Assembly: GCF_004010195.1 (NCBI RefSeq)
Contig: NC_057749.1
Coordinates: 13,885,759-13,905,758, forward strand
DNA length: 20,000 nucleotides
Direction of reading: 5' to 3'
Source: Chiloscyllium plagiosum
Taxonomy: Eukaryota
The notes beneath the pieces were generated by a model. The model saw nothing but the letters and a program-made list of their open reading frames with translations, did not search any database and was not told the DNA's origin. The position numbers and the translations under genes are program-made. The first letter of the stretch is position 1. Each line of letters starts with the position of its first letter. Below, piece after piece: positions 9,289-19,111 of the stretch.

Positions 9289-10731
9289 TCGAATTTTCCC
9301 ACTGTACATTTTCATTCAGCCATCTTTTAAGTTAAGTTCTTTCCACTGTCTACTGAAGATCTGACACTTTTCATTATTTCTCAGTTAACCATTTAGTTCA
9401 TCTCACATTCTCGTGTAAGCCAGTTCTCTTTTCTCACCAATACCAAATGTATCTGTTGAAAAAGAGAGCTATAATAATTACAGATATTTATTTAGCATTT
9501 ACTGGTTTCGTGTATTCAGGCAAAATCTTGGAAATATAGTCTAAAGACTATTATAATATTGAAAGAAATATTTAAAGTATACCATCAAAGAAAAAGCCTA
9601 GAACAATAAGATAAATGTTTCTTTATTTCTTATTTTTTCATCTCTGGTGAGACATAGCATGTCAAATGCAATGCTCTCTGAACAGGTAGTTCACTGAGTG
9701 AACTATCACTCCAGCCCAGGCGATACCTAACAGAGAATAGTGCTCAGGTAGTAGCCTCTACTTCTGAGTCTGTCTTCCAATCCCATTTGGGGTGTTGCAC
9801 CATGTTTTATAGCCAATAGCCAGATTGAACATAAAATGTGAATGAGCAAATGACTGTGCATTGAAGTAATTAAAATTTCATCATCTTTTATATTCAGTCA
9901 ACTCTGGTTATTTTAATCCTGAGCAATTGAGCAGGACTACATAAACTTCCTAAATGCAGTGAAGCTCAGCCTTCGCCTTAGGCAAAAACTGCGGTTCAAT
10001 CGTTTCATCTTCATGCCAAAGAAGATAGGATATTGAAGTGTGCAGCTTACACAGTGAGCGTTCAGCTGTAGGTTTTGTCAGGAGTCCGGAAGCCTGATGA
10101 AAATTAAAAGGAATAAACAAATTGGCACTGTGATGACAGCTTTACTATGTAACAATCCAAGAGATTCACATTGAAGCCAACAGACTTTAACATTGTGGAA
10201 TGCATCATCTCAAATTGCTGGCATCATCACTGATGGGCTGAAGTACTAATGGTTACATCCTAAATGTAAGGCAATTCAAAGTGCTGCTCCAGGCACAAGA
10301 CAGGTTTAGAATGTCAAAAAAAAGGTATAATATATGAATATTTTACACAATTCAAGTGGACACAGAAAAAGTTCACAGATGAAGTACTAAATTTTAGGAA
10401 AAAGAATAGGAAAAAATGCTGCAAGGTAGTTTCACAATTGTAGGTTTTAAATGAATATTCATGACAACGTTGTTAACACATCAGTCACATAAATCATCTG
10501 TCTCTATCTCATCAAATATTATCCCAAAAGATAGCCTTTAGCCAGAAGAAAGATTTCAAATGTTACAACAGCACTGGTAGGATGATATAAAATTTTCAAC
10601 CAGAAGATCAAAGTTTGAAGTTGACTTGACTGTACTGCTTCTGAGACAGAGTTAGGGTTCAAAGCAGACACTTGCTAACCAAAATTAATGGGATAGTTAG
10701 AGAGAGATTTCGTCAAAGGACATTTTCTTCA

Positions 10732-12740
10732 GGCTGATGTCATGAGGATCAGTAAATCCTTCTATGCCAGTCTGTATGACGCGAAGCCGACCGACAGCAC
10801 GGCCTCCCAGTCGTTCCTGTCCTCTATCACGGAGGTCTTAGACGACAGAACACGGGAGAGGCTGGACCAGCCGCTATCTCTGGATGAGCTGACCAAGGCC
10901 CTAGAGTCCTTCGAAAAGAATAAAACTCCCGGAAGCGACGGCTGACCGGTCGAGCTCTATTCCGCTCTGTGGGACTTGATTGGCCAGGACCTGCTGGAGG
11001 TGTATGTCAGTATGCTTCGGGCAAGTACCATGAGTGAATCCATGAGGAAAGACATCATCACCCTCATCTACAAGCGGAAGAGGGAAAGGGAGGACCGCAA
11101 AAATTGGAGACCAATCTCACTGTTAAACACAGACTACAAAATCTTGTCAAAGGTCATCGCCAACCGGGTCAGGTCTGCTCTAGGGTCGGTGATTCACCCT
11201 GACCAAACCTGTGCGGTGCCGGGCAGGAAGAACGCTGAGAGTCTCTCACTCCACAGGGATACAATCGCCTACGTGCAGGACAGAGGGTTGGACACCTGCC
11301 TGATCAGCCTGGACCAAGAGAAAGCCTTTGACAGGATATCACACACATATATGAGAGATGTTCTCTCCAAAATGGGCTTTGGGGAGGGAATCTGCAATTG
11401 GATCAGACTGCTCTACACCAACATTGTCAGTGCAGTCTCAATCAACGGGTGGGAATGCTGGGGCGTGCGCCAAGTCTTGGGAGGAGCGTATCAGCAAAGT
11501 GAGGCAGAAACTGGGCAGATGGAAGCTATGGTCGCTCTCCATCGCGGGAAAAAACCTGGTCATCAGGTGTGAGGCACTGTCATTGCTATTATACGTGGCA
11601 CAGGTCTGGCCTATTCCCAGAACCTGTGCCGCTGCAGTCACCCGGGCCATCTTCCAGTTTATATGGAGGTCAAAGATGGACCGAGTCCAAAGGGACTCGC
11701 TGTTCAAAGATCTGGGCAACGGGGAAAAAATACACCCAATGCCACCCTCACCCTGATGGCCACCTTTGCGTGGATGTGCGTGGGTCCCCGGTACGCAAAC
11801 ACCAAGTGTCACTACGTACTGAGGTTCTACCTGTCCCCGGTGTTGCGAAGGATGGGCCTGGCCTCGCTGCCGCGGAACACTCCGAGTAGTTGGACCGTTC
11901 CGTATCACTTGTCCTTCGTGGAGAAGTTTATGAAGAAACTTTGACCACAAGTCCATCAGGAAGTGGTCAGCACGTAGTGTCCTTGAGACCCTTCAGGAAA
12001 AGGAGAGGGCGGATCCTATCAAGCGGTTCCCTGAGCAGACTGTCAAAGCCATTTGGCAGAATGCCTCATCGCCAGAACTTTCCAACAAGCACCAAGACAT
12101 GGCTTGGCTGGTGGTGGCCTGTGAGATCCTTTATGCACGCTGCCCTTGAAGCAGCTGCGGGGGGGACGAGACTGTCACACACCTCCTTCTGGAATGTGCC
12201 GACACAGAAGTCGTCTGGAGAGGAATGCAGTGGTGTTTGTCGAGGTTCGTCCCGAGCAGCGCCGTGACGCAGGCTCCGTGCTCTATGGCCTGTTCCCCGA
12301 GACGCAAATCGAGACGAACATCAACTGTGCCTGGAGGATCATCAACTCGGTGAAGGACACACTCTGGGCGGTCCGAAACCTGTTGATCTTCCAGCTGAAG
12401 GAGTTGACCCCGACTGAGTGTTGCAGACTGGCATATTCCAAGGTCCAGGACTACATGTTGAGGGACGCGCTGAAGCTTGGGGCAGCTGCCGCCAAGGCGC
12501 GGTGGGGAAAGACCACCGTGTAATATCTGCCTGCCTTTAAGAAGAACAGGTGGCCCGCGCACTCATTTGGGCCCTGCTGATGCCTCAGCTAAAAATGCAA
12601 TTGTACAGACCTGCAAATAGGAATGATTACTCTGTTTTCGGTATGCAAACAAATGGAATGTTTACATATGTATGGCATGTCCAGTTGTACAGATCATCAA
12701 AGTATTTTATGAATAAAGTATATTTTTGAAATAAAAAAAA
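10732..12740 (+). mobile_element. Tx1-clade (L1 group) non-LTR retrotransposon, 5'-truncated, internally deleted, with poly(A) and candidate TSD
   Basis: GC/CpG-rich block. ORF2 motifs KTPGSDG*P.ELY, ITLIYK...KNWRPISLLNTDYKILSKVIANR, IHPDQTCAVPGR and SLDQEKAFDRISH; C-terminal zinc knuckle RCP*SSCGGDETVTHLLLEC; stop at 12521-23; AATAAA at 12712-17; A-tail to 12740. Flanking acattttcttca (10720-31) and acattctcttca (12742-53). Confidence 0.92.
10742..12523 (+). pseudogene. Disrupted Tx1 ORF2 (RT N-terminal half plus C-terminal CCHC region)
   Basis: In-frame TGA at 10943-45 separates two same-frame ORFs. A deletion/frameshift at ~11455 (VSINGWE joined to GACAKSWEERI) removes the QG and YADD RT motifs. 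Further frameshifts occur downstream. Confidence 0.88.
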
Positions 12741-12973
12741 TACATTCTCTTCATTCCCAACCGCAGCTAAACAGCAAAGCGTGTTGGCAGGACCACAAGC
12801 TTTAAACCTTTTAAAACTAAGGATCTGAGCTTCAGCTGTTATTTAAATTACTTAAGAAGTTCTTTTTAACAAATAAAATTCAAGAAAATCCCATTTAACA
12901 ATTCAGCCTCATATTTAACTTAATCAATAAATGCTGCCTTCTTATTATAGAGTACTAGGTAAAAACTAGAGTA

Positions 12974-13304
12974 TAAGAGGTGTACAAGATGATCAGAGGA
13001 ATAGATAGAGTAGACAGTCAGAAACTTTTTCCCCGGGTACAACAGAGTGTTACAAGGGGACATAAATTTAAGGTGAAGGGTGGAAGGTAGAGGGGAGATG
13101 TCAGGGGTGGGTTCTATACCCAGAGAGTGGTGGGGGCATGGAATGCACTGCCCGTGGGAGTGGTGGAGTCGGAATCATTGGCGACCTTTAAGCGGCATTT
13201 GGATAGATACATGGATGGGTACTTAATCTAGGTTAGAAGTTCGGCACAACATCGTGGGCCGAAGGGCCTGTTCTGTGCTGTATTGTTCTATGTTCTATGT
13301 TCTA
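12974..13304 (+). mobile_element. CR1 LINE 3' end, short 5'-truncated insertion
   Basis: EVYKMIRGIDRVDSQKLFP...TRGHKFKVKGGR*RGDVRGGFYTQRVVGAWNALP...LATFKRHLDRYMD, followed by 'gggccgaagggcc' and (TGTTCTA)x3. Candidate TSD ctagagta at 12966-73 and 13302-09. Confidence 0.92.
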
Positions 13305-13516
13305 GAGTACTGCAGAAAATGCATTCAAAGCAATTTCATTCTGTTCAGCTTTTATTAAAAGTACATGATACATTATTCTATATCTTGTGACTGTACAGAT
13401 GTATAGTTCCAATACTTGAAACTAACCTGTGACTTGGAGGAATACTTTAAAGTTTACACTTCTGTCCTTTTCTTGGACATTTTACTTTCCCGCTCCAAAC
13501 TGATTTGTTGATGGTA

Positions 13517-14703
13517 TACATAGAGTCATAGAGATGTACAGCACGGAAACAGACCCTTTGGTCCAACCCGTCCATGCCGACCAGATATCCCAACCCAATC
13601 TAATCCCACCTGCCAGCACCAGGCCCATATCCCTCCAAACCCTTCCTATTCATATACCCATCCAAATGCCTCTTAAATGTTTCAATTGTACCAGCCTCCA
13701 CCACATCCTCTGGCAGCTCATTCCATACACGTAACACCCTATGCGAGAAAAAGTTGCCCCTTAGGTCTCTTTTATATCCTTACCCTCTCACCCTAAACCT
13801 ATGCCCTCTAGTTCTGGACTCCCCGACCTCAGGGAAAAGACTTTGCCTATTTACCCTAGCCATGCCCCTCATAATTTTGTAAACCTCTATAAGGTCACCC
13901 CTCAGCCTCCGACGCTCCAGGGAAAACAGCCCCAGCCTGTGCAGCCTCTCCCTGTAGCTCAGATCCNNNNNNNNNNNNNNNNNNNNNNNNNNNNNNNNNN
14001 NNNNNNNNNNNNNNNNNNNNNNNNNNNNNNNNNNNNNNNNNNNNNNNNNNNNNNNNNNNNNNNNNNNNNNNNNNNNNNNNNNNNNNNNNNNNNNNNNNNN
14101 NNNNNNNNNNNNNNNNNNNNNNNNNNNNNNNNNNNNNNNNNNNNNNNNNNNNNNNNNNNNNNNNNNNNNNNNNNNNNNNNNNNNNNNNNNNNNNNNNNNN
14201 NNNNNNNNNNNNNNNNNNNNNNNNNNNNNNNNNNNNNNNNNNNNNNNNNNNNNNNNNNNNNNNNNNNNNNNNNNNNNNNNNNNNNNNNNNNNNNNNNNNN
14301 NNNNNNNCCTCCAGTCTAAAAAACAACCCTCCATCACCACCCTCTGTCTTCTACCTTTGAGCCAGTTCTATATCCAAATGGCTAGTTCTTCCTGTATTCC
14401 ATGAGCTCTAACCTTGCTAATCAGTCTCCAATGGGGAACCTTACTGAAGTCCATATAGATCATATCTAAGGCTCTGCCCTCATCAATCTTCTTTGTTGCT
14501 TCTTCAAAAAACTCAATCAAGTTTGTGAGACATGATTTCCCACATACAAAGCCATGTTGACTATCCCGAATCAGTCCTTGCCTTTCCAAATACATGTACA
14601 TCCTGTCCCTCAGAATTCCCTCCAACAACTTGCCCACCACCGAGGTCAGGCTCACCGGTCTATAGTTCCCTGGCTTGTCTTTACCGCCCTTCTTAAACAA
14701 TGG
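13517..14703 (-). mobile_element. CR1 (HER1-like) LINE, 5'-truncated, spanning the assembly gap
   Basis: Minus-strand FKKGGKDKPGNYRPVSLTSVVGKLLE...QHGFVCGKSCLTNLIEFFEE...YMDFSK, and after the gap LSYRERLHRLGLFSLERRRLRGDLIEVYKIMRG...TRGHRFRVRG. Tail 'ctctatgactctatg'. Confidence 0.95.
13967..14307. other. Assembly gap (341 N)
   Basis: Run of N within the CR1 copy. Confidence 1.
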
Positions 14704-16144
14704 CTACAGCAAACGATAGAATAACAACACTTATAATACGCATCATTCCTTATTGCTCAATATATAGATGTAATAGCCAAGAGTAGGAAGGAAACTGTTA
14801 GCAACTTAAAAGGCCTGTTTAACATCGCATGTAATTGCTACCACACTGTGTGTTTCGGCAAAATCTAGCTCCATGAAAGGAACTGTTCTACTTCCCGAAA
14901 AGCTACTATTGTAATTTATTATCAGACCCATTAGCCAGACGTATCAAGCTATTTGCAGTTTAAATACATGAATTTTGAGCTATTAACTGCTGTTGCATAT
15001 CCTAAGGCACTGTCTCTAGCTCGGAACGATAAAGCAGAAAAAAAAGCTGATCTTCTTATATGGCTAACAGTCCATAAACTAACCACAATTTTTGCATCCA
15101 CACTTGCAACCTAAACCAGGTAGTAGAGCCCCTGTCAACTAAGCACATGACATTATACGGATTGTCAGAATTACACTGCAATCAATTACTGTAGAAGCAT
15201 ATAAAAGGATTATTGTCACAATTCAGATTATTTTCAAATCCTTGAAGTAGTTTTATATTCTATAACAAAATATCATATCCCAGTTGAGCTTAAATGATGT
15301 CCATTAATGATTCAAATTGTCGTTTCACAGCATTTGTGCCATGGAAAATTTTATCGGTTGATTCAGACTCTGATTGGCCAAGCCGTGAATGCTCCATCAA
15401 TAGGGGGTTGGAAAACATGTCCTTCATCAGGCATGTGTATTCCACTAGATATCAACACAGAACTGAGTGAAAGACCTCCTGTTACAGCTCACTACAAATC
15501 TGTAATGCCGGCTTTGGACTCTCCATTTTCTGTCACAGAGACAAGCTAATCAAATGGCGCGTTCCATTCTAGAGAGTTAATGCCATTTAATATTGGACTT
15601 CTGTAACAGTCAATAAGACTGAAACAACACATTTCTCCACATGCAACATAGCGAAAGTGAAATTAAAGTCTATACATATGGCAGGAGAACCTTTTTCTAT
15701 AGTAATAACCAACATATTACTCATGCATGCTCAAACATGACAACTGTATTTCAGTTAATACTTCCTGCTTTGGATTTAATAATTCATTCCAGTTAGTCAA
15801 CAACAACACTGACAGTACAGGGTGTCGTCAGAGATTTAGGGCTGCATTTCTGAAAATCATAATTTTAAGTGAAATAACTTTAAATGAAGCATAGTTTTCC
15901 ATACTAAAACCAAATGTTAGGCTCCTAAGGAAATTTTTATTCAAAAAAGTCAATGGAAAAGTTGAAATATTGCACTTTCATGTACAGTGCCGTGCATTCC
16001 TTGCAAAAATACTTGCAAACAAAACAAGGAAAGCTTCAGAGAAGAAACCAGACACCTTGCTTGCAAAGCAGTCTTTCGAGAGGTTTGCCATACAATGCAG
16101 GTTCCTCAACTATTGTATCTGTATGAGTATAGTACAGTACAGGA

Positions 16145-16337
16145 GAAAATGAGGACTGCAAATGCTGGAAATCAGAGTCAAAAAGTGTGGTGCTGGAAAA
16201 GCACAGCTGGTCAGGCAGCATCCGAGGAGCAGGAGAGTCGACATTGTAAGCATAAGCTTTTCATCCTGATTCAGCTCCCCTGCTCCTCGGATGCTGCATG
16301 ACCAGTTATGCTTTTCCAGCATCACACTTTTGACTCC
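16145..16337. repeat. Fold-back pair of PLE terminal-repeat fragments (~59-bp inverted arms)
   Basis: Arm 16175-16233 'gagtcaaaaagtgtggtgctggaaaagcacagctggtcaggcagcatccgaggagcagg' and arm 16279-16336 'cctgctcctcggatgctgcatgaccagttatgcttttccagcatcacacttttgactc'. Same family as 6051-6145. Confidence 0.85.
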
Positions 16338-16617
16338 AAAGTGCAGTACAGATTATTTTTTAAAAACTAATTCCACGATCATTCCTTTACTAGTAATGAT
16401 ACGAGCAGCAGAGAAATTCAAAACAAAGATTAAAAAACAAAATTTACATCAGTACTTGAGCAGCGAATTGTTAAAGATAACAATGATCTTTGACTGTAAG
16501 GGCAGTCACATTGGCACCAACCAATCATGTGATGACACAACTCGTATGACACTAGTGTCGCAGCAACATGAAATGCACAACTATGCCAGATACAACCAGA
16601 AAATCAGGGAGTGAGCA

Positions 16618-17080
16618 TCCTGCTTACATGCCCACATGTCAGTTCTCGGCATACTGCAGCGTTCCAGTGAATCTCAATGCAAACTGGAGAAACAACATCT
16701 CATCTTCAGACTAGGCACTTTCTAGCCTTCTGTAATTAATATTGAATTCAACACCTTTAAATTGTGAACCATTTCTTTCCTTACTTTTAGCTTGTTATCA
16801 TGTCCTCCCCTTCCCCCATCACACTTACTCTCCTTTCGAGTCAGGCAGGAGACACACCATTGTTTGGCTATTATCACATTCCCATCACTTTATCCGAACT
16901 ACCAAAATCTTTTCTCCACCTACTACTCCCATCCCACCTCCCACACAACTATAACATAAATGCTGCCCCTCCACACTTCACTTCAGCTCTGAAGATGAGT
17001 CATCTCGGCTCGAATATTAGCTTGTCCTTTCTCCATGGATGTTGTCTGACCCACTGTAATCACCAGCATTTGTTGTTTTT
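16618..17080 (+). mobile_element. PLE 3' fragment with decayed hammerhead
   Basis: HMSVLGILQRSSESQCKLEKQHLIFRLGTF*PSVINIEFNTF. Hammerhead remnant AGCT CTGAAGA(16989-95) T GAGTC-atctc-GGCTC(16997-17011) GAATATT AGCT. Confidence 0.82.
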
Positions 17081-17608
17081 AACAGAAAAACAGAAATTGC
17101 TGGAAAGGCTCAGCAGGTCTTGTAGCATCTGTGGAAAGAAGTCAGAGTTAACTTTTCAGGTTCATTCAGAACTGATCGTAGCTAGGAAAAAGTTGGCTTT
17201 TATGTAGAAGATAAGGTGGGGGGGGGGGGGTGAAAAGGTAAATGATAGGCAGAGATCGCCCAGAGACAAGCCCAAAGAGAGAGATTTGGACTGACAAAGG
17301 AGTGGATAACAATCAGTTTGGAAGAATAAACAGCTATTAGTGGACAATGCAGTAGCTAATGATGGGTGTTGTGTAATGGCAGACCATGTGATAACAAGGC
17401 CTGGTGTGTGGGAGTTGAGTATGGGAATGGGAGAAAGTGCCTCAAACCCTAAAATTGTTGAATTCGGTATTGAGTCCAGAAGTCTGTAGAGTTCCCAAAC
17501 AGAAAATGAGGTATTGTTCTTTCAGTTTGTGCTGAGCTTCACTGGAGCACTGCAGCAAACCTGAAACAGAGATATTAGCCAGGGAACACGATGATGTGCT
17601 GACGTGGC
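17081..17608 (-). mobile_element. PLE 3' fragment, same family as 18585-19070; hammerhead partly deleted
   Basis: Reverse complement reads ANISVSGLLQCSSEAQHKLKEQYLIFCLGTLQTSGLNTEFNNF. The terminal 'tcagttctgaatgaacctgaaaagttaactct' (17175-17144) lacks the 5' strand of stem II. Confidence 0.85.
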
Positions 17609-17904
17609 TTACATCCCTTACTTCCTGTCCTTTTTATAGACAGGAAGTAAGGGATGTTAAAACAGGGAATGGCAATTTAAATGAGGGTGGGGCACATGAA
17701 AGAAAACATTAAAGCAGAAGAAAACTTTGAAAGGGGAGACAGCAAACAAGGACTCCAATATAATGTGATGAGCAAACCAGCAGATTTTACATTTCATCCC
17801 TTCAGAAACGTTATTCCAATATTAATAATAAATTTAATAAACAACGCCATTTCCAGCTATCCACTCATGTTTGTAAGTGATCAGCATTGAAAAAGAAAAA
17901 GAAC

Positions 17905-18060
17905 ATAACCATCTAGCCTGTTATCACAATTTTCCAAAGAGCTTTAGGCACCAATTAATTACTTTTGAAAAAGTCTGAGTCTTTAAGTAAACATACTAGC
18001 CAATTTCCACACAGTAATATCGCATTAACAGAAATGAATGACTGGTTCAATTGCATTTTT
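17905..18060 (-). mobile_element. DeuSINE-like 3' remnant
   Basis: 'ccaaagagctttaggcaccaattaattacttttgaa' and 'agccaatttccacacag' resemble the reverse complement of the SacSINE1/AmnSINE1-like 3' portion, from recall. Confidence 0.5.
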
Positions 18061-18065
18061 TAATT

Positions 18066-19070
18066 AAAACCCAAAAGAACTGTGGATGTTGGAAAGCAGA
18101 GACAAAAACAGAAATTGCTAGAAAAGCTCAGCAGGTCTGATCACATCTGTGGGGCCTAGTTACCATCATCCCTGAACCAGAACGTTAACTCTGAATACTC
18201 TCCACAGATCCTACCAATGACCTGCTCAACTTTTCCAGCAATTTCTGTTTTTGTTTCTGATTTCTAGCATCCGCAGTTCTTTCCATTCTTGTTTAGTGTT
18301 TAATTCACTGCCACATATCTTCCAGGTATGCCCACCTTGAGGAAGTTCTGTTCCTCTCTCTGGAAGGATCTCCATTCCAATCTTTTCTCTTGTCCACTTT
18401 CATTAATTTCACTGTCACTCCTGGTGTTTGACAAGGTACTTGCTAAAACTTGTTTCCACACCACATCACATTCCTCAGTGACTGCCTCCGGCTCAGACTC
18501 TCACCATGAGGATCCCAACTCAAGAATCATCCTTCATATTTTGAATCCACCCAGGTCCATAGATATCTCAGTGATGTTCAACTGCCACTTCAATGCACCA
18601 TCGTGTTCTCTGGCCAACATCTATGTCTCAGGCTTGCTGCAGTGCTCCAGCATAGAAGTGCACCTCATTTTCTGCTTGGGAACTCTTCAACCTTCTGACT
18701 CAATATGGAGTTCAACAATTTTAGGGCTTGAGGCACCCTCTCGCATGCCCTTAAACCAACCCCCACACACTAGGCCTTGTTAACATATGGTCTGGTATTA
18801 TACACAACTCATTGTTAGCCACTAACAATCCCCATTAGTAGCTATTCATTCTCCTAGGCTAATAATTTGTCTGTCCAACTGTTCTCTCTCTTTGGGCTCT
18901 AACTCCACCTATTGTTTACTCCTTATCCCCACCCCAACCCTATCTTCTGCATTAGAAAAACAACTTTTTCCTGGCTGTGATCAGTTCTGAGGAAAGGTCA
19001 CTGAGCCTGAAACGTTAATTCTGATTTATCTCCAGAGGTGCCACCAGACCTGCTAAACTTTTCCAGCAAT
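18066..19070 (+). mobile_element. Internally deleted, non-autonomous PLE retaining inverted partial repeat, 5' repeat, ORF start, EN C-terminus and 3' repeat with hammerhead
   Basis: Inverted arms 18074-18152 and 18202-18282. ATG at 18328, then VFDKVLAKT.FH and (after a frameshift) HITFLSDCLRLRLSP*GSQL, a PLE N-terminal FLxxCLxxxLxPxG-like motif. This jumps to CHFNAPSCSLANIYVSGLLQCS...HLIFCLGTLQPS (EN end). The 3' repeat at 19010-19070 matches 18180-18242. Confidence 0.8.
18981..19024 (+). ncRNA. Minimal type-I hammerhead ribozyme motif (core intact)
   Basis: AGTT(18983-86) CTGAGGA(18987-93) A AGGT-cactga-GCCT(18995-19008) GAAA(19009-12) CGTT(19013-16) AATT(19017-20). Confidence 0.7.
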
Positions 19071-19111
19071 GGTTGTAAGGGCTACTCATTCTAGACTATG
19101 CAGAGTCTAGA

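Noticed and set aside
9735..9790. Possible decayed tRNA-SINE head
   Set aside because: Too diverged to support by eye.
10095..10115. CTGATGA motif (also CTGAAGA near 9353 and antisense CTGATGA near 15423-29)
   Set aside because: No stem II followed by GAAA-CGTY and no PLE context, so not hammerheads.
10451..10478. Chain of overlapping short palindromes (ATGAATATTCAT, ACAACGTTGT, TGTTAACA)
   Set aside because: Short and AT-rich, so compatible with chance.
11438..12562. Antisense ORFs of 172 and 143 aa
   Set aside because: Shadows of the GC-rich Tx1 ORF2.
13780..14340. Long ORFs across the N run
   Set aside because: Artefacts of translating the gap.
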